A stretch of 64,000 nucleotides of DNA from Dehalococcoidia bacterium (GCA_965204245.1 CBDBED010000007.1:119535-183534), one strand, 5' to 3'. Numbered from the stretch's first letter, positions 27,372-37,412 are shown. The notes: generated from the sequence alone by a model not told the origin. A program made the numbers and translations.

Positions 27372-29054
27372 CTACAACTCACCGGAGTCGTGCATCACCC
27401 GCCCTCCCACCATGGTGAGGAGGGAGCGCATGTTCGACATCTCCTCCATGGGCATCTCCAGATAATCATCCGAGAGGACAGCCAAGTCCGCGAGCTTCCC
27501 CGGCTCAAGCGACCCCCGCTCCCCCTCATCGAAGGAGAAATAGGCCCCGCCTTGTGTGAACGCGCGCAACGCCTCCATGCGCGTCAAGCACTCACTGGGA
27601 TCAAGGGCCTCCCCGCTGTGCGCCTCGGTGCGCGATATGGCAGCCCACAGCGTCTGGAAGGGGTTATAGGGCTTGTTGTCAGTCCCGAAACTGTAGGGGA
27701 TGTCGTACTTCATGTAAGTCCGGTGCGCATCCGCCGCCCCCTCACCCGACTGAGCCGCGGGCAAGGCATGTCCCCGCAACCACAAATCCGTCAGTGGTAT
27801 CGTCTCCAGCACCAGCCCCAGCCGTTTCATCCGACGCATCTGGTCATCCGTGGCCCTGAGGATATGCACCAGCACCCACCGGTTGTCAGCAATCGGCGTC
27901 TCCCGGTCCACCTCCTCGAACACCTGCAGCACATCTTCCAAGCAACCCCGCACCAGCGTATTCACCCGCAGGTTATGTAACGCTGCCTCCCGCACCAGAC
28001 CACGAAACATCTCCGGCGGGTGATAGCTCTCCGCAAACCCGGCCCAGCCCGTATATGGCAACTCCGCCGAACGCGCCCTCGCCAGATAAGGACTACGCCC
28101 ATACTGGATGTAATAGCCGCTAATCTTCAGCATGTCATCGCCATAGCCCGTCCCCGACGCGCTATGGCCCCATTTCTCCATCTCCGCCGACGCATCCTCC
28201 ACCGAGGCCCATGATGGACTGAGCGTGAGGTGCACCCGCTGCTTGTTCTCTCCCGCATCCCACACCTCCTTGTATACCCTCAACACCTCCGGTGCGATGC
28301 CATGCCCCTCATACGTCCCTGTAGTACCCACGGAACTGTATATCTGCATCGACTCCTTCAGAGCCTCCACCCGCTGCGCGTGGGTGAATCGCGGGACAAC
28401 CCGCATCAACGTGAACTCCACCGAGGGGTAGCCGTTGGAGTCGCTGAACACCCCTGTCGGCTCGCCGTCAGCATCGCGGTCAATGACCACCGTCTCATCC
28501 GGCGATGGAGTATTCCGGTCAATACCCGCCACCTGCAGGGCCACGCTATTCGCCACCGACACCGACGGCGGCATGTTCCAAGGCGTCCAGATGCCCCGCA
28601 GATATACCGGGTTGTCCGGCGACACTTGGTCGAGGTCATGACGAGTCGGATACCTCCCCTCGGCCAGCCCTTGGGGCATGTTGGTGTAGTTGGGCGGGTC
28701 GCCAACGGGCATGGTTACCACCCATTCGCCCGGAGCCTTGGAAGCCACCTCCCGGCGCACTACGTCAAGGATATCGGCGATGGAGCGGGCCCCCGCCAGT
28801 GAGGGATAGTCGTTCTTCAGCCCCTCCCGGTCCATATGCGCATGGATATCCACGATCCCGGGGATGAGCGTGCGTCCTCGCAAATCCACCCGCTGCGTCC
28901 CAGGCCCGGCGAGTGCCAACACCTCGCTATCGGAGCCTACGGCAAGCACGCGCTCCCCCTGCACCGCCACAGCCTGTTGCACCGAATCATCGGCTACAGG
29001 CAGCACCTTGCCGTTATGGAAGATGGTGTCAGCTTGCGGGAGATTGCGCTGCAT
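27372..29054 (-). CDS. metal-dependent amidohydrolase (Amidohydro_3 / YtcJ-like)
   Basis: 560 aa. The N-terminal ADTIFHNGKVLPV...LIPGIVDIHAHMD is typical of the large amidohydrolase family. Confidence 0.85.
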   Translation of the reverse strand: MQRNLPQADTIFHNGKVLPVADDSVQQAVAVQGERVLAVGSDSEVLALAGPGTQRVDLRGRTLIPGIVDIHAHMDREGLKNDYPSLAGARSIADILDVVRREVASKAPGEWVVTMPVGDPPNYTNMPQGLAEGRYPTRHDLDQVSPDNPVYLRGIWTPWNMPPSVSVANSVALQVAGIDRNTPSPDETVVIDRDADGEPTGVFSDSNGYPSVEFTLMRVVPRFTHAQRVEALKESMQIYSSVGTTGTYEGHGIAPEVLRVYKEVWDAGENKQRVHLTLSPSWASVEDASAEMEKWGHSASGTGYGDDMLKISGYYIQYGRSPYLARARSAELPYTGWAGFAESYHPPEMFRGLVREAALHNLRVNTLVRGCLEDVLQVFEEVDRETPIADNRWVLVHILRATDDQMRRMKRLGLVLETIPLTDLWLRGHALPAAQSGEGAADAHRTYMKYDIPYSFGTDNKPYNPFQTLWAAISRTEAHSGEALDPSECLTRMEALRAFTQGGAYFSFDEGERGSLEPGKLADLAVLSDDYLEMPMEEMSNMRSLLTMVGGRVMHDSGEL

Positions 29055-29263
29055 AGTTCACGTCCTTAAGAGCAGATGCCGTTTGGGAGCAGGCATAGGA
29101 CTGGTCAAGTTTCTTGTAGCTGAATGAAGTATGAGTGTCAATCGGAAATTAGAGAAGTGAGATTGGAGCAGTCTGTTGACAGGCCCCCCAAGACCCCAAT
29201 AGCATCAATAGACCCATGGCATAGGGCACTCTGGAAGTTGTACCTTCCTCCAGCAGGGACGAA

Positions 29264-29599
29264 TTGACTACTAACGGGGAACAGGCCCCCTCCACCGAAA
29301 CACAAGGCGTTATCATCCTCACCTCCGTGGTAGAGCAAGAGGGAGACCAATTCGTGTCGGTCTGCACCGAGTTGGGTACCGCAAGTTGTGGCGACACCAT
29401 CCAAGAGGCCTTGGACAACTTGCAGGAGGCCATCTGGGTCCACCTGAATGCATTGGAGGAGACCGGGGAGCGTGCCCGCGTATTTCAAGAGAAGGGTATC
29501 AACATCCTTTCACCACCCATCGTCGATCCCATTCACGTAGAAATACCTGTAGGCACGGTGGTGAAGGCCACGCAGCACCCGGTCCCCACCACAGCTTGA
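29264..29599 (+). CDS. hicB: HicB-family antitoxin (UPF0150 fold)
   Basis: QFVSVCTELGTASCGDTIQEALDNLQEAIWVHL matches the HicB N-terminal fold signature. It lies directly upstream of a hicA-like ORF. The start is a TTG and is uncertain. Confidence 0.7.
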   Translation: MTTNGEQAPSTETQGVIILTSVVEQEGDQFVSVCTELGTASCGDTIQEALDNLQEAIWVHLNALEETGERARVFQEKGINILSPPIVDPIHVEIPVGTVVKATQHPVPTTA

Positions 29600-29605
29600 C
29601 CCTGC

Positions 29606-29848
29606 GTGTCCTTCCGGGACATTCCGCTCTGCTCCAGCCGTGAGGTCGTCTCAGCACTGCTGCGGCTTGGCGCCTACCCCGGCAGAGCCACCAAGGGAAG
29701 TCACGCCTCTTACCACAGGCGTCGGCAAGACGGTCGTATCCTGACCGGCGTAGTGGTACTCAACAAGCGTGTGGTGCCCAAAGGCACTCTACGCCAGATT
29801 CTCCAGAACCTCGAAATTTCAATTGAGGATTTTCGGGCCGCCCTTTAG
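29606..29848 (+). CDS. hicA: HicA-family mRNA interferase toxin
   Basis: 80 aa. SSREVVSALLRLGAYPGRATKGSHASY...VPKGTLRQILQNLEISIEDF matches the HicA (YcfA-like) pattern, including the GSH motif. GTG start. Confidence 0.75.
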   Translation: MSFRDIPLCSSREVVSALLRLGAYPGRATKGSHASYHRRRQDGRILTGVVVLNKRVVPKGTLRQILQNLEISIEDFRAAL

Positions 29849-29944
29849 AAACTCTGATCCCACGGCCCGAAGCCAGCCCGGACACTCCTTCTTCTGCCCA
29901 CCGCCCCAAACCGCTATACTTACCCCGCCATTGGGAGGTGAACC

Positions 29945-31372
29945 ATGGACCGTGCCGAGATTCCTTTCCTGACCGCCGTCGAACTGGGCGACCTCATCCG
30001 CAGGCGAGAGCTATCCCCCGTTGAGGCCACCGAAGCCTACCTCGCCCGCATCGAAGAAATCGAACCCAAGACCAACGCCTACATCACCGTATGCGGCGAC
30101 GAAGCCTTGGCAGCAGCCCGGCAGGCTGAGACTGAAATCGCAGCCGGCAACCACCGGGGTGCCATGCACGGCATTCCCATCGGCATCAAGGACCAGATAC
30201 ACACCAAGGGCATCCGCACCACCATCGCCTCCCGCATGCGCAGCGAGCACATCTCCGACCGGGATGCCACCGTCGTCACTAACCTCAAAGAGGCGGGCGC
30301 CGTCATTCTCGGCAAGCTCAACATGGCTGAGATGGCCTTGGGCGATCCCATGAACTCCGCCTTTGGCCCAGCCCACAATCCATGGGACCTCACCCGCAAC
30401 CCCGGCACCTCCAGCACAGGTTCCGGCGCCGCCACTGCCGCCTTCCTTTGCGCCACCTCCCTCGGGGAAGACACTGCAGGCTCCATTCGTCACCCCGCCG
30501 CCAGTTGCGGCCTAGTCGGCCTGCGCCCCTCTTGGGGCAGGGTCAGCCGCTACGCCGTCGACGGGGCCTCTTGGTCCGTAGACACCATCGGACCCATCTC
30601 CCGCTGCGTGGCCGACTGTGCCATCACCATACGCGCCATCGCTGGCCACGACCCCAAGGACCCCCTCACCCGAAACGTCCCCGTGCCCGACTACCAGCGA
30701 GCACTCACCGGCGACATCCGCGGCCTGAAAGTCGGCATCCCCCGCGAATGCTTTGACCCTGAAGCCGTTGGCGTGACCCAGGAGACCGCCGACAGCGTTC
30801 GCGCGGCCATAGAAGTCCTCAAGCAACTGGGCGCCGAAATCCGCGAGGTCTCCATACCCATGACCCGCCATGCTGGGGCCATCATCAGGGGCATCACCCA
30901 CACCGAGCGGGTCAGCATTCATCCAGAATGGCTGCGCGACCGGGGCGACGAGTACCACTACAACACCCGCGTCGCCTTTATGACCGGCAACATCATCCCC
31001 GGCGAGTTCTACTACAAGGCCCAGAAGGCCCGTGTCATCCTGCGCCAGCAGATACTGGATACCTTCCAAGAGGTCGACATACTGGCCCAACCCTGTTCCA
31101 CCGCTCCCGCTGCGGTCATGGACCCCAACGCCCACGTCGAAAGCAAGGAGCAGGCCAGCAGGGCCTTGGTCGAAGCAAACCTTCGCAGCATGTTCAGTCT
31201 CGCAGGGACCCCCGCCCTGTCCATCCTCTGCGGGTTCACCTCCGACGGCCCCGGCGGCCTCCCGCAAGCCCTGCAGTTGGTGGCAAAACCCTTCGACGAG
31301 GAGACGGTGCTTCGCACCGCCCACGCCTACGAGCAGAACACGGAATGGCACCTGAGGCGGCCTCCGATATAG
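29945..31372 (+). CDS. amidase-signature family amidase (GatA-like)
   Basis: GIPIGIKDQ and GTSSTGSGAATA (a variant of GGSSGG), with Ser-cisSer-Lys context. GGGAGGTG lies upstream. Confidence 0.9.
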   Translation: MDRAEIPFLTAVELGDLIRRRELSPVEATEAYLARIEEIEPKTNAYITVCGDEALAAARQAETEIAAGNHRGAMHGIPIGIKDQIHTKGIRTTIASRMRSEHISDRDATVVTNLKEAGAVILGKLNMAEMALGDPMNSAFGPAHNPWDLTRNPGTSSTGSGAATAAFLCATSLGEDTAGSIRHPAASCGLVGLRPSWGRVSRYAVDGASWSVDTIGPISRCVADCAITIRAIAGHDPKDPLTRNVPVPDYQRALTGDIRGLKVGIPRECFDPEAVGVTQETADSVRAAIEVLKQLGAEIREVSIPMTRHAGAIIRGITHTERVSIHPEWLRDRGDEYHYNTRVAFMTGNIIPGEFYYKAQKARVILRQQILDTFQEVDILAQPCSTAPAAVMDPNAHVESKEQASRALVEANLRSMFSLAGTPALSILCGFTSDGPGGLPQALQLVAKPFDEETVLRTAHAYEQNTEWHLRRPPI

Positions 31373-31415
31373 GGGACTGGCGTCTTCAAAACGAACCGGC
31401 CGACTAGGAGGAGAG

Positions 31416-32372
31416 ATGACTGACAAGCGAATCGGCGTGGCAGCAATGGGCGGTGACGCCAAAGCGGTGATAGCCCGCATCCAGCAGATGGAGCGAATGG
31501 GCGTGCCCGCCGCTTGGCTCACCACGGGTGGGGCCGGCTTGGACGGCCTGACCATCTTCTCCGCGGCCGCCGTCCAGACGGAAAGCATCCTCCTCGGCAC
31601 CTGCATCACACCCACTTGGCCCCGTCATCCCGTTGCCGCCGTTCAGCAGGTTCAGGTCATCGCCAACCTCGCTCCCGGCCGCTTCCGCTTCGGCGTCGGA
31701 CCCAGCCACAGCGGTGGCATGCAGACCGTCTTCGGGGCCGATTTCCGCGCTCCTCTGACCAACGTGCGCGAATACGTCCACGTCGTGAAGAGCCTGCTGG
31801 GCACAGGCGAGGTGGACTTTGATGGCAAACAGTACCATGCCCACGCCCGTATTGCCGAGCCGTCTCCCGATGTGCCGGTGATGTCGGCGGCCCTCAGGCG
31901 TCGCTCCTTCGAGTTCTGCGGTGCCGAGGCTGACGGGGCCATCAGTTGGGTCTGCCCCGGAACATACCTGCGGGATGTCGCCGTCCCGGCCATGGAGGCC
32001 GGAGCCCACGGCGCAGGGCGCGAGACCCCTCCCCTCATCACCCATGCCCCGGTCTGTGTCCATGACAACCCCGCCGAAGCCCGGGCCGCCTTCCGCCAAC
32101 AGATGGGTTTCTACCCCCAAGCTCCCTTTTATGCCCGCATGTTTGCCGAGGCTGGCTTCCCCGAAGCCGAGGAGACCCACGAGTGGAGTGACGGGATGCT
32201 GGAGGCGGTGTTGATTTCCGGCGACGAGGAGACAGTCGCCTCCGGCCTGCGTCGCCTCTTCGACTGGGGGTCCGGAGAAGTGCTGGTGTCGGTAGTGACC
32301 GCTGGCAATGACACCGAGGCCTCGTGGCGGCGCACCGTCGAAACCCTCGTACAGGTGCAGAAGGGTCTCTAG
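31416..32372 (+). CDS. LLM-class F420-dependent oxidoreductase
   Basis: 318 aa. ERMGVPAAWLTT and GRFRFGVGPSH motifs. AGGAGGAGAG lies upstream. Confidence 0.85.
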   Translation: MTDKRIGVAAMGGDAKAVIARIQQMERMGVPAAWLTTGGAGLDGLTIFSAAAVQTESILLGTCITPTWPRHPVAAVQQVQVIANLAPGRFRFGVGPSHSGGMQTVFGADFRAPLTNVREYVHVVKSLLGTGEVDFDGKQYHAHARIAEPSPDVPVMSAALRRRSFEFCGAEADGAISWVCPGTYLRDVAVPAMEAGAHGAGRETPPLITHAPVCVHDNPAEARAAFRQQMGFYPQAPFYARMFAEAGFPEAEETHEWSDGMLEAVLISGDEETVASGLRRLFDWGSGEVLVSVVTAGNDTEASWRRTVETLVQVQKGL

Positions 32373-32414
32373 CGCGACTGGGGCGCTCTCGCAAAGGACT
32401 GAGGAGCTAGCGCG

Positions 32415-33446
32415 ATGCGATTCCCATGGGCAAACGTCGCGCTCATCTTTCTGTTCATCTTTGAACTGCTGACAGGCTACTTGGGGCTCACCCACTCCAA
32501 CCCCGAGTGGATTGCCTCGATGCACCTGCACCGCATCGCAGGATTCTCCATCCTTGCCCTCTTCATCTGGAAGTCGCGCAACATCCTCAGTTCCTTCACC
32601 GTCCGTCGCAACTGGCAGCGCTCGCCAGAGACCATGGTCCTCTCCACTGTCCTCCTAGTGGGGCTCCTCACAGTCCTGGGATTGGGACTGGCTTGGAGCC
32701 ACCTAGGCTCCTATAGCTGGATGGGATTCTCCGGCACCACTATCCACATGACCCTCGCCATCGGCCTTCTCCCCTTGCTCCTATGGCACACTCTCCGCCA
32801 CCGCATCAGCCTGCGCAGTCGTTATGTCGCTGACCGCCGCAATTTCCTCCGACTAGGCCTGCTAGGCGTAGCTGGCCTCCTGGTATGGCAGGCATCGGAA
32901 AGCCTGCTATCAGTGTCCAAGGCACCGGGGGCTGAACGCCGTTTCACCGGGTCATACCCCGAGGACGGCCCCACGTTTCCGGTGACAATGTGGCTAAACG
33001 ACCGCACTCCCACGGTCAATCCCGATTCATGGCGGCTGAACATATCGGGCCATGTGTTCAACTCCTACGAACTGACCTTGGAAGACCTCCAAAAATGGCA
33101 GGACGAACTGACGGCCACCCTCGACTGCACCGGAGGCTGGTACACCACCCGAACGTGGCGAGGCGCACCCCTGCCCGACCTGTTGGCACTGGCAAATCCC
33201 AAGCCGGGCGCCTCCAGCATCACCATCACCTCCCGCACCGGCTATTTCAGGCGCTACTCAATGGATGAAGCGCAGCGAGCCATGCTGGCAACCGCAGTGG
33301 ACGACAAGCCCCTCACCGCTGGTCATGGCTTCCCCGCGCGCATGGTGGAACCCCACAAGCGGGGCTACGACTGGATCAAGTGGGTGGACTCCATCACAGT
33401 CAACGACACCGGCAAGTTGTGGCAGCCCCCTCTGCCCCTCACGTAA
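32415..33446 (+). CDS. membrane-anchored molybdopterin-dependent oxidoreductase (sulfite-oxidase/MsrP-type Mo domain fused to a His-rich multi-TM N-domain)
   Basis: Residues 1-135 hold about 4 TM helices with conserved His (HLHR, HMTLA, WHTLRH). An internal twin-arginine-like DRRNFLRLGLLGVAGL starts at nt 32832, with the RR codons at 32835-32840. The C-terminal LDCTGGWYTTRTWRGAPL...GHGFPARMVEPHKRGYDWIKWV is an oxidoreductase molybdopterin-binding domain. Confidence 0.8.
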   Translation: MRFPWANVALIFLFIFELLTGYLGLTHSNPEWIASMHLHRIAGFSILALFIWKSRNILSSFTVRRNWQRSPETMVLSTVLLVGLLTVLGLGLAWSHLGSYSWMGFSGTTIHMTLAIGLLPLLLWHTLRHRISLRSRYVADRRNFLRLGLLGVAGLLVWQASESLLSVSKAPGAERRFTGSYPEDGPTFPVTMWLNDRTPTVNPDSWRLNISGHVFNSYELTLEDLQKWQDELTATLDCTGGWYTTRTWRGAPLPDLLALANPKPGASSITITSRTGYFRRYSMDEAQRAMLATAVDDKPLTAGHGFPARMVEPHKRGYDWIKWVDSITVNDTGKLWQPPLPLT

Positions 33447-33458
33447 GCGCCCTCCGCA

Positions 33459-34169
33459 TCACCCCAACCCCATCACCTGCACCAACTCATCAAGACAGTG
33501 GACTTCCAAGTCGGGAACCGCATCCGACCCTCTCGTTGCCCCACCATGGTTTGCATGCCCTCGATTGACCCACACCGACGCAACGCCCAGTTGGTTCGCT
33601 GGCCCTATGTCGTGGTACAAACTCTCCGCAATATGCAGCCAGCCCGCCTTCTCCACCCTCATCCGTTCCATGGCGATGTGGAAGTTGTTGAGGTTGGGCT
33701 TGTAACTGCCACACTGCTGCGAGGTAATCACGGCGTCCAACTCCACGCCCAAAGTACGGGCCGCAGGCGCGAACAGGTCGTCGTCCACGTTAGTGATAAT
33801 CGCCAGCTTATAGCGGGACTTCATCAGCCTCAGAGCCTCAATCGTATCGGGAAAAACGGGCCACGCCCCAATCGTATCAACCAAGCAGGCTTCCTCCTGC
33901 TCCGTGAGCCGCACGCCAAGCCTCTCCCCCATAAGCTGCATCACCCGCCGAAGGACTTGGCGGTACTCCATGAACTCCCCGCCCTGCTGTACTACCGGCT
34001 CCACAGCTGCAAAGAGAGCAAGCACTTCCGGTTTGGACACGCTGACTCCATGCGATTTCAGCGCACCAGCAACGGCATCCGAAATCCCCGTCTCCCAATC
34101 AACCAGCGTCCCATAGCAGTCAAAGCTCAGCCATTCAAAGCGGTCGAAATCCAAGGCTCGCATTCCCAT
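33459..34169 (-). CDS. HAD-superfamily hydrolase, haloacid dehalogenase type II-like
   Basis: I chose the ATG at 34169 (or 34163), just after the upstream stop. Motif I is FDCYGTLVDWE. 236 aa. Confidence 0.8.
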   Translation of the reverse strand: MGMRALDFDRFEWLSFDCYGTLVDWETGISDAVAGALKSHGVSVSKPEVLALFAAVEPVVQQGGEFMEYRQVLRRVMQLMGERLGVRLTEQEEACLVDTIGAWPVFPDTIEALRLMKSRYKLAIITNVDDDLFAPAARTLGVELDAVITSQQCGSYKPNLNNFHIAMERMRVEKAGWLHIAESLYHDIGPANQLGVASVWVNRGHANHGGATRGSDAVPDLEVHCLDELVQVMGLG

Positions 34170-34171
34170 GA

Positions 34172-35290
34172 TCAACCCCAGACAGCTTGGGCTGTCCGCG
34201 CCACCAACTCCAGCTTGCGCCGCTGGTCGTCCGAGGATATGGCGTTTCCTGCGTCCACCGATGCAAAACCGCATTGCGGGCTGATCGCCAGATCTTCCAT
34301 CGGCACATATTGGGCAGCCTCGTCGATGCGCCGCCGCAACCCGTCCATCGACTCCATATAGCCCTGCTTCGTGGTGATGAGGCCCAGCACCACCGTCTTG
34401 CCTCTGGGGACAAATCTCAACGGCTCAAACCCTCCAGAGCGCTCGTTGTCGTATTCCAGAAGGAATGCGTCCACATCCAGCGCATTGAACAATCGCTCGG
34501 CAATCGCCTCATAGCTGCCTTCACTCAGCCAGTGGCTGCGGTTATTGCCCCGGCACAGGTGTACACCCAAGGTCAGGCCCTCGCGCCTGAGCCCTTGGAA
34601 CGTCGAGCCGTCCGCTTCTACGATTTCCGAGAAAAGCGCATCGGGGTCGTCCCCATTGGCCCGCATCTGCTCCCGCTGAACGGTGTCGACGTAAGCGGTG
34701 TATCCCGGCGCATCAAGCTGAATATAGGAAACACCCTCGTCGATAAGGGCGATGATTTCCTCCCGCACGATGCCCGCCATGTCGCGCACCGCATCGGGCA
34801 TAGTGGCATAGTGCTGGTCCGAAACTCCCTTGCGGTAGCAGCGCGACCCCATGAACCCCGGCGACGGCATGGTCACCTTGCAGGGGCCATTGGCGTTCTC
34901 CAGAAGGAAACCCGACTCGTGCGCGGTGATGCGATGTCGACGCCGAAGAGGTCCGCCAATTACCCAGACCGGCGGCGAGGCAACGCCCCCTCCCGAAGCA
35001 ACATCCGTAGGCTGAGGCCCGCGCCAACTCAGCGGCACATCTCCGGGATCCATCCCGTCCAAGGCATTGGCCAATTCAGTCCTGAAATCGCCCCGGCGAT
35101 GCTCACCATCGCTGAAGACTTGGACACCGCACCCACGCTGTAACTCCAAGGCCTGAAGGATGCAACGGTCCTCCAGTTCTTTCAGTTGCTCCGCCGAGAT
35201 GCGACCCGCAGCATGTGCGGTCCTGGCATCAAGCAGTTCACGGGGCCGCAGCAAGCTGCCAATGTGATCAGCGCGATAAGTGGCAGGCAT
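34172..35290 (-). CDS. cobalamin-independent methionine synthase (MetE) C-terminal-domain-like methyltransferase
   Basis: 372 aa. HIGSLLRP, VFSDGEHRR and HLCRGN motifs are typical of the Meth_synt_2 stand-alone family. It is a paralogue of 58082..59251. Confidence 0.8.
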   Translation of the reverse strand: MPATYRADHIGSLLRPRELLDARTAHAAGRISAEQLKELEDRCILQALELQRGCGVQVFSDGEHRRGDFRTELANALDGMDPGDVPLSWRGPQPTDVASGGGVASPPVWVIGGPLRRRHRITAHESGFLLENANGPCKVTMPSPGFMGSRCYRKGVSDQHYATMPDAVRDMAGIVREEIIALIDEGVSYIQLDAPGYTAYVDTVQREQMRANGDDPDALFSEIVEADGSTFQGLRREGLTLGVHLCRGNNRSHWLSEGSYEAIAERLFNALDVDAFLLEYDNERSGGFEPLRFVPRGKTVVLGLITTKQGYMESMDGLRRRIDEAAQYVPMEDLAISPQCGFASVDAGNAISSDDQRRKLELVARTAQAVWG

Positions 35291-35335
35291 CAGCGCTTCC
35301 TCCTTGTACGGCCTCAGGCAGAAGCCGGGTAGGAC

Positions 35336-35367
35336 TATACATTAAGGGCACCCGTAACGGATGCCCT
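35336..35367 (-). terminator. weak candidate terminator after the LigB-like gene
   Basis: AGGGCA / TGCCCT 6-bp stem (35345-35350 and 35362-35367) with an 11-nt loop. On the minus strand it is followed by TTAATGTAT. Confidence 0.3.
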
Positions 35368-35407
35368 CACGTTCAAGAATCTGACCCGATGGTCACTGCC
35401 GGCTTAA

Positions 35408-36469
35408 CTACGCCCACCGCGCGAACGTCCATCCACCGCCCGTACCCGCAGGCGTCCGGTAGACCGGCACGTACTCCAAGAAGTCGATGTCCTTGTCTTC
35501 CAAGGCACCGGCAGCAGCCACCCAGTTGCGTATCTCCGAACTGGCCGAGTTCAAGCGGTGACGGGGCAGGTTGCAGAGAAGCTCTACGTCCTTCTCCTTC
35601 AGCCCCTTGATGGTCATGCGGTCAATCTCCTCATCAACCACGAAGTGGCTCAAGCCTCCCGATGCGATGAGGCACACCCGCTTGTCGCTGTCCCAAGCGT
35701 CGATCGCCTTGCGCAGTGCTTGACCGAAAGCATAGGAACGGCGCGGCGTGGGCTGGTTCGGAGGGTACACGTTCTGGAATATTGGCACGATGGGCATGGG
35801 CGCGTTGTCCATCAGCCGCTTCACTATGAAGCTCCAGCCATGGGGCAACCCGAAGGGGCGCTCCTCCGTCACCCGCACGTACTTGCTCTCCCCGTCCAGC
35901 GTGGGGTAGCGACGCGCGATGGCTCCGCCCGACTGGGGGCGGATGTACTTGGAGTGGGCCATGTCGAACTCGGACTCAATCATGTACTCAATGATGTGAC
36001 GCCCCAGTTCCGTCTCCACGGGCACATCCAAGGGAACATCACCCCATCCGTTGGCCAAAGCCCAAGGCACAGGGCCTGAGTTCTCATCCGCTGGATAAGG
36101 GACCAAGGGGAACGTGTCACCCCAGTAGACCGAGAAGGCGGGCATCATGTCCTCAAACAAAAGCTCGTCCTGGTCGTCGCTGATAATCACCGTGACGTCG
36201 GGCTTGACCTCAGCCAGCGTCTGCTTGAGGGTCTTGATGGCGCTCTGTATCTGATTGTGCTGCGCTTCGAACTTCTCCGGAGTGATGCCTTGAGCAACGG
36301 CAGGATCGGTCCGCTCCACCAATTCCTCATAGGAAAAGACCAACCCGTCCGGCGGCGCAACCAGCTCAGGATTCCGCTTGTCGCCCTCGGCATAGGTGAG
36401 CCAGTCTTTGTGGTCCAGCGTCAGCATCGGGCTATGGGACGTACCCAGACCCACCACTACTTCGGCCAT
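35408..36469 (-). CDS. class III (LigB-type) extradiol dioxygenase family protein, paralogue
   Basis: 353 aa. VVVGLGTSHSP and SGGLSHF. The C-terminus YRTPAGTGGGWTFARWA is nearly identical to that of 3562..4611. Confidence 0.8.
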   Translation of the reverse strand: MAEVVVGLGTSHSPMLTLDHKDWLTYAEGDKRNPELVAPPDGLVFSYEELVERTDPAVAQGITPEKFEAQHNQIQSAIKTLKQTLAEVKPDVTVIISDDQDELLFEDMMPAFSVYWGDTFPLVPYPADENSGPVPWALANGWGDVPLDVPVETELGRHIIEYMIESEFDMAHSKYIRPQSGGAIARRYPTLDGESKYVRVTEERPFGLPHGWSFIVKRLMDNAPMPIVPIFQNVYPPNQPTPRRSYAFGQALRKAIDAWDSDKRVCLIASGGLSHFVVDEEIDRMTIKGLKEKDVELLCNLPRHRLNSASSEIRNWVAAAGALEDKDIDFLEYVPVYRTPAGTGGGWTFARWA

Positions 36470-36587
36470 CGTATCCTCCTAATGGGCATGCCTTCATCCG
36501 CCGGATTTCCGGCGAGTTTGTTCCCTTGGCAACAGTTAATCACGCAGCTGCGCGGCCATGCAAATCGCGCCGGGGTCAAGGCGCAAG

Positions 36588-37412
36588 TCAGGCCAGCCGC
36601 ACCTTCTTGGTGAAGTCATAGTCCGGCGCAATGTCCGAGCGGAAGCTCCATATTGTCCGGCCAGCAGGAAATGCCCCACAGCCGACCCGCTCTAGGAAGT
36701 CGATGATCATGCCCCATGCCTTTTCTGATTCGTCAGGCCGGTAGCGTCCCGGCATTGTCGAGTTCATCCAACCATGGGGCATATACGGAAAAAGCGTGAA
36801 CTCGTAGCTCTTGCGGTAATCCTCCAGCACGCCCCGCAGCCGCCGCATGTCCTCCACCGACACCACGAAATCATCCTCGCCGAAGATGCCCACCACCGGT
36901 GCCGTGACCCGTGCAATAATATCTTCGTAAGGCTCTTGGCGGGCCTTACCCAGTTCCCACACCGCCGCCTGCGCCCCGCCATACACCACCACATTCGCGC
37001 ATATCTCCCCACGGGCACTGTTCAAGACCAGCGGATACTCCCCGCTCTGGCACACGCCCATCGCTGCGATGCGCCGCGAGTCCACCTGCGGGTGCTCCAG
37101 CAGGTAGTCAAGACTGGCCCCCATGTACGAGCGGATGTCGTCGTCGCAGATGGGCACCATGATGTCGCCCCGGTTCAGGGCCTCCTTGTCCCCCTCCCAG
37201 CGCGAATACATATCCGGCGCAATGCCCACGTACCCGGATGCGGCCAGCTTGGCGGTCAGATCAAGAGTGTGCTGCACAAGCCCATACCGCTCATGCCCCA
37301 GAATCACGGCCCCAAAAGGACCCGTGCCCTGCTCGGGAATAGCCAGAAACGCGCTAACCCTGTCGCCAAAGGTCACCCATGAAGTTGAGGCACCGGGGTA
37401 GGACTGCGTCAT
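36588..37412 (-). CDS. dienelactone hydrolase family protein
   Basis: AVILGHERYGL...GYVGIAPDMY and GVCQSG (nucleophile Cys) are typical DLH motifs. 274 aa. Confidence 0.8.
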   Translation of the reverse strand: MTQSYPGASTSWVTFGDRVSAFLAIPEQGTGPFGAVILGHERYGLVQHTLDLTAKLAASGYVGIAPDMYSRWEGDKEALNRGDIMVPICDDDIRSYMGASLDYLLEHPQVDSRRIAAMGVCQSGEYPLVLNSARGEICANVVVYGGAQAAVWELGKARQEPYEDIIARVTAPVVGIFGEDDFVVSVEDMRRLRGVLEDYRKSYEFTLFPYMPHGWMNSTMPGRYRPDESEKAWGMIIDFLERVGCGAFPAGRTIWSFRSDIAPDYDFTKKVRLA

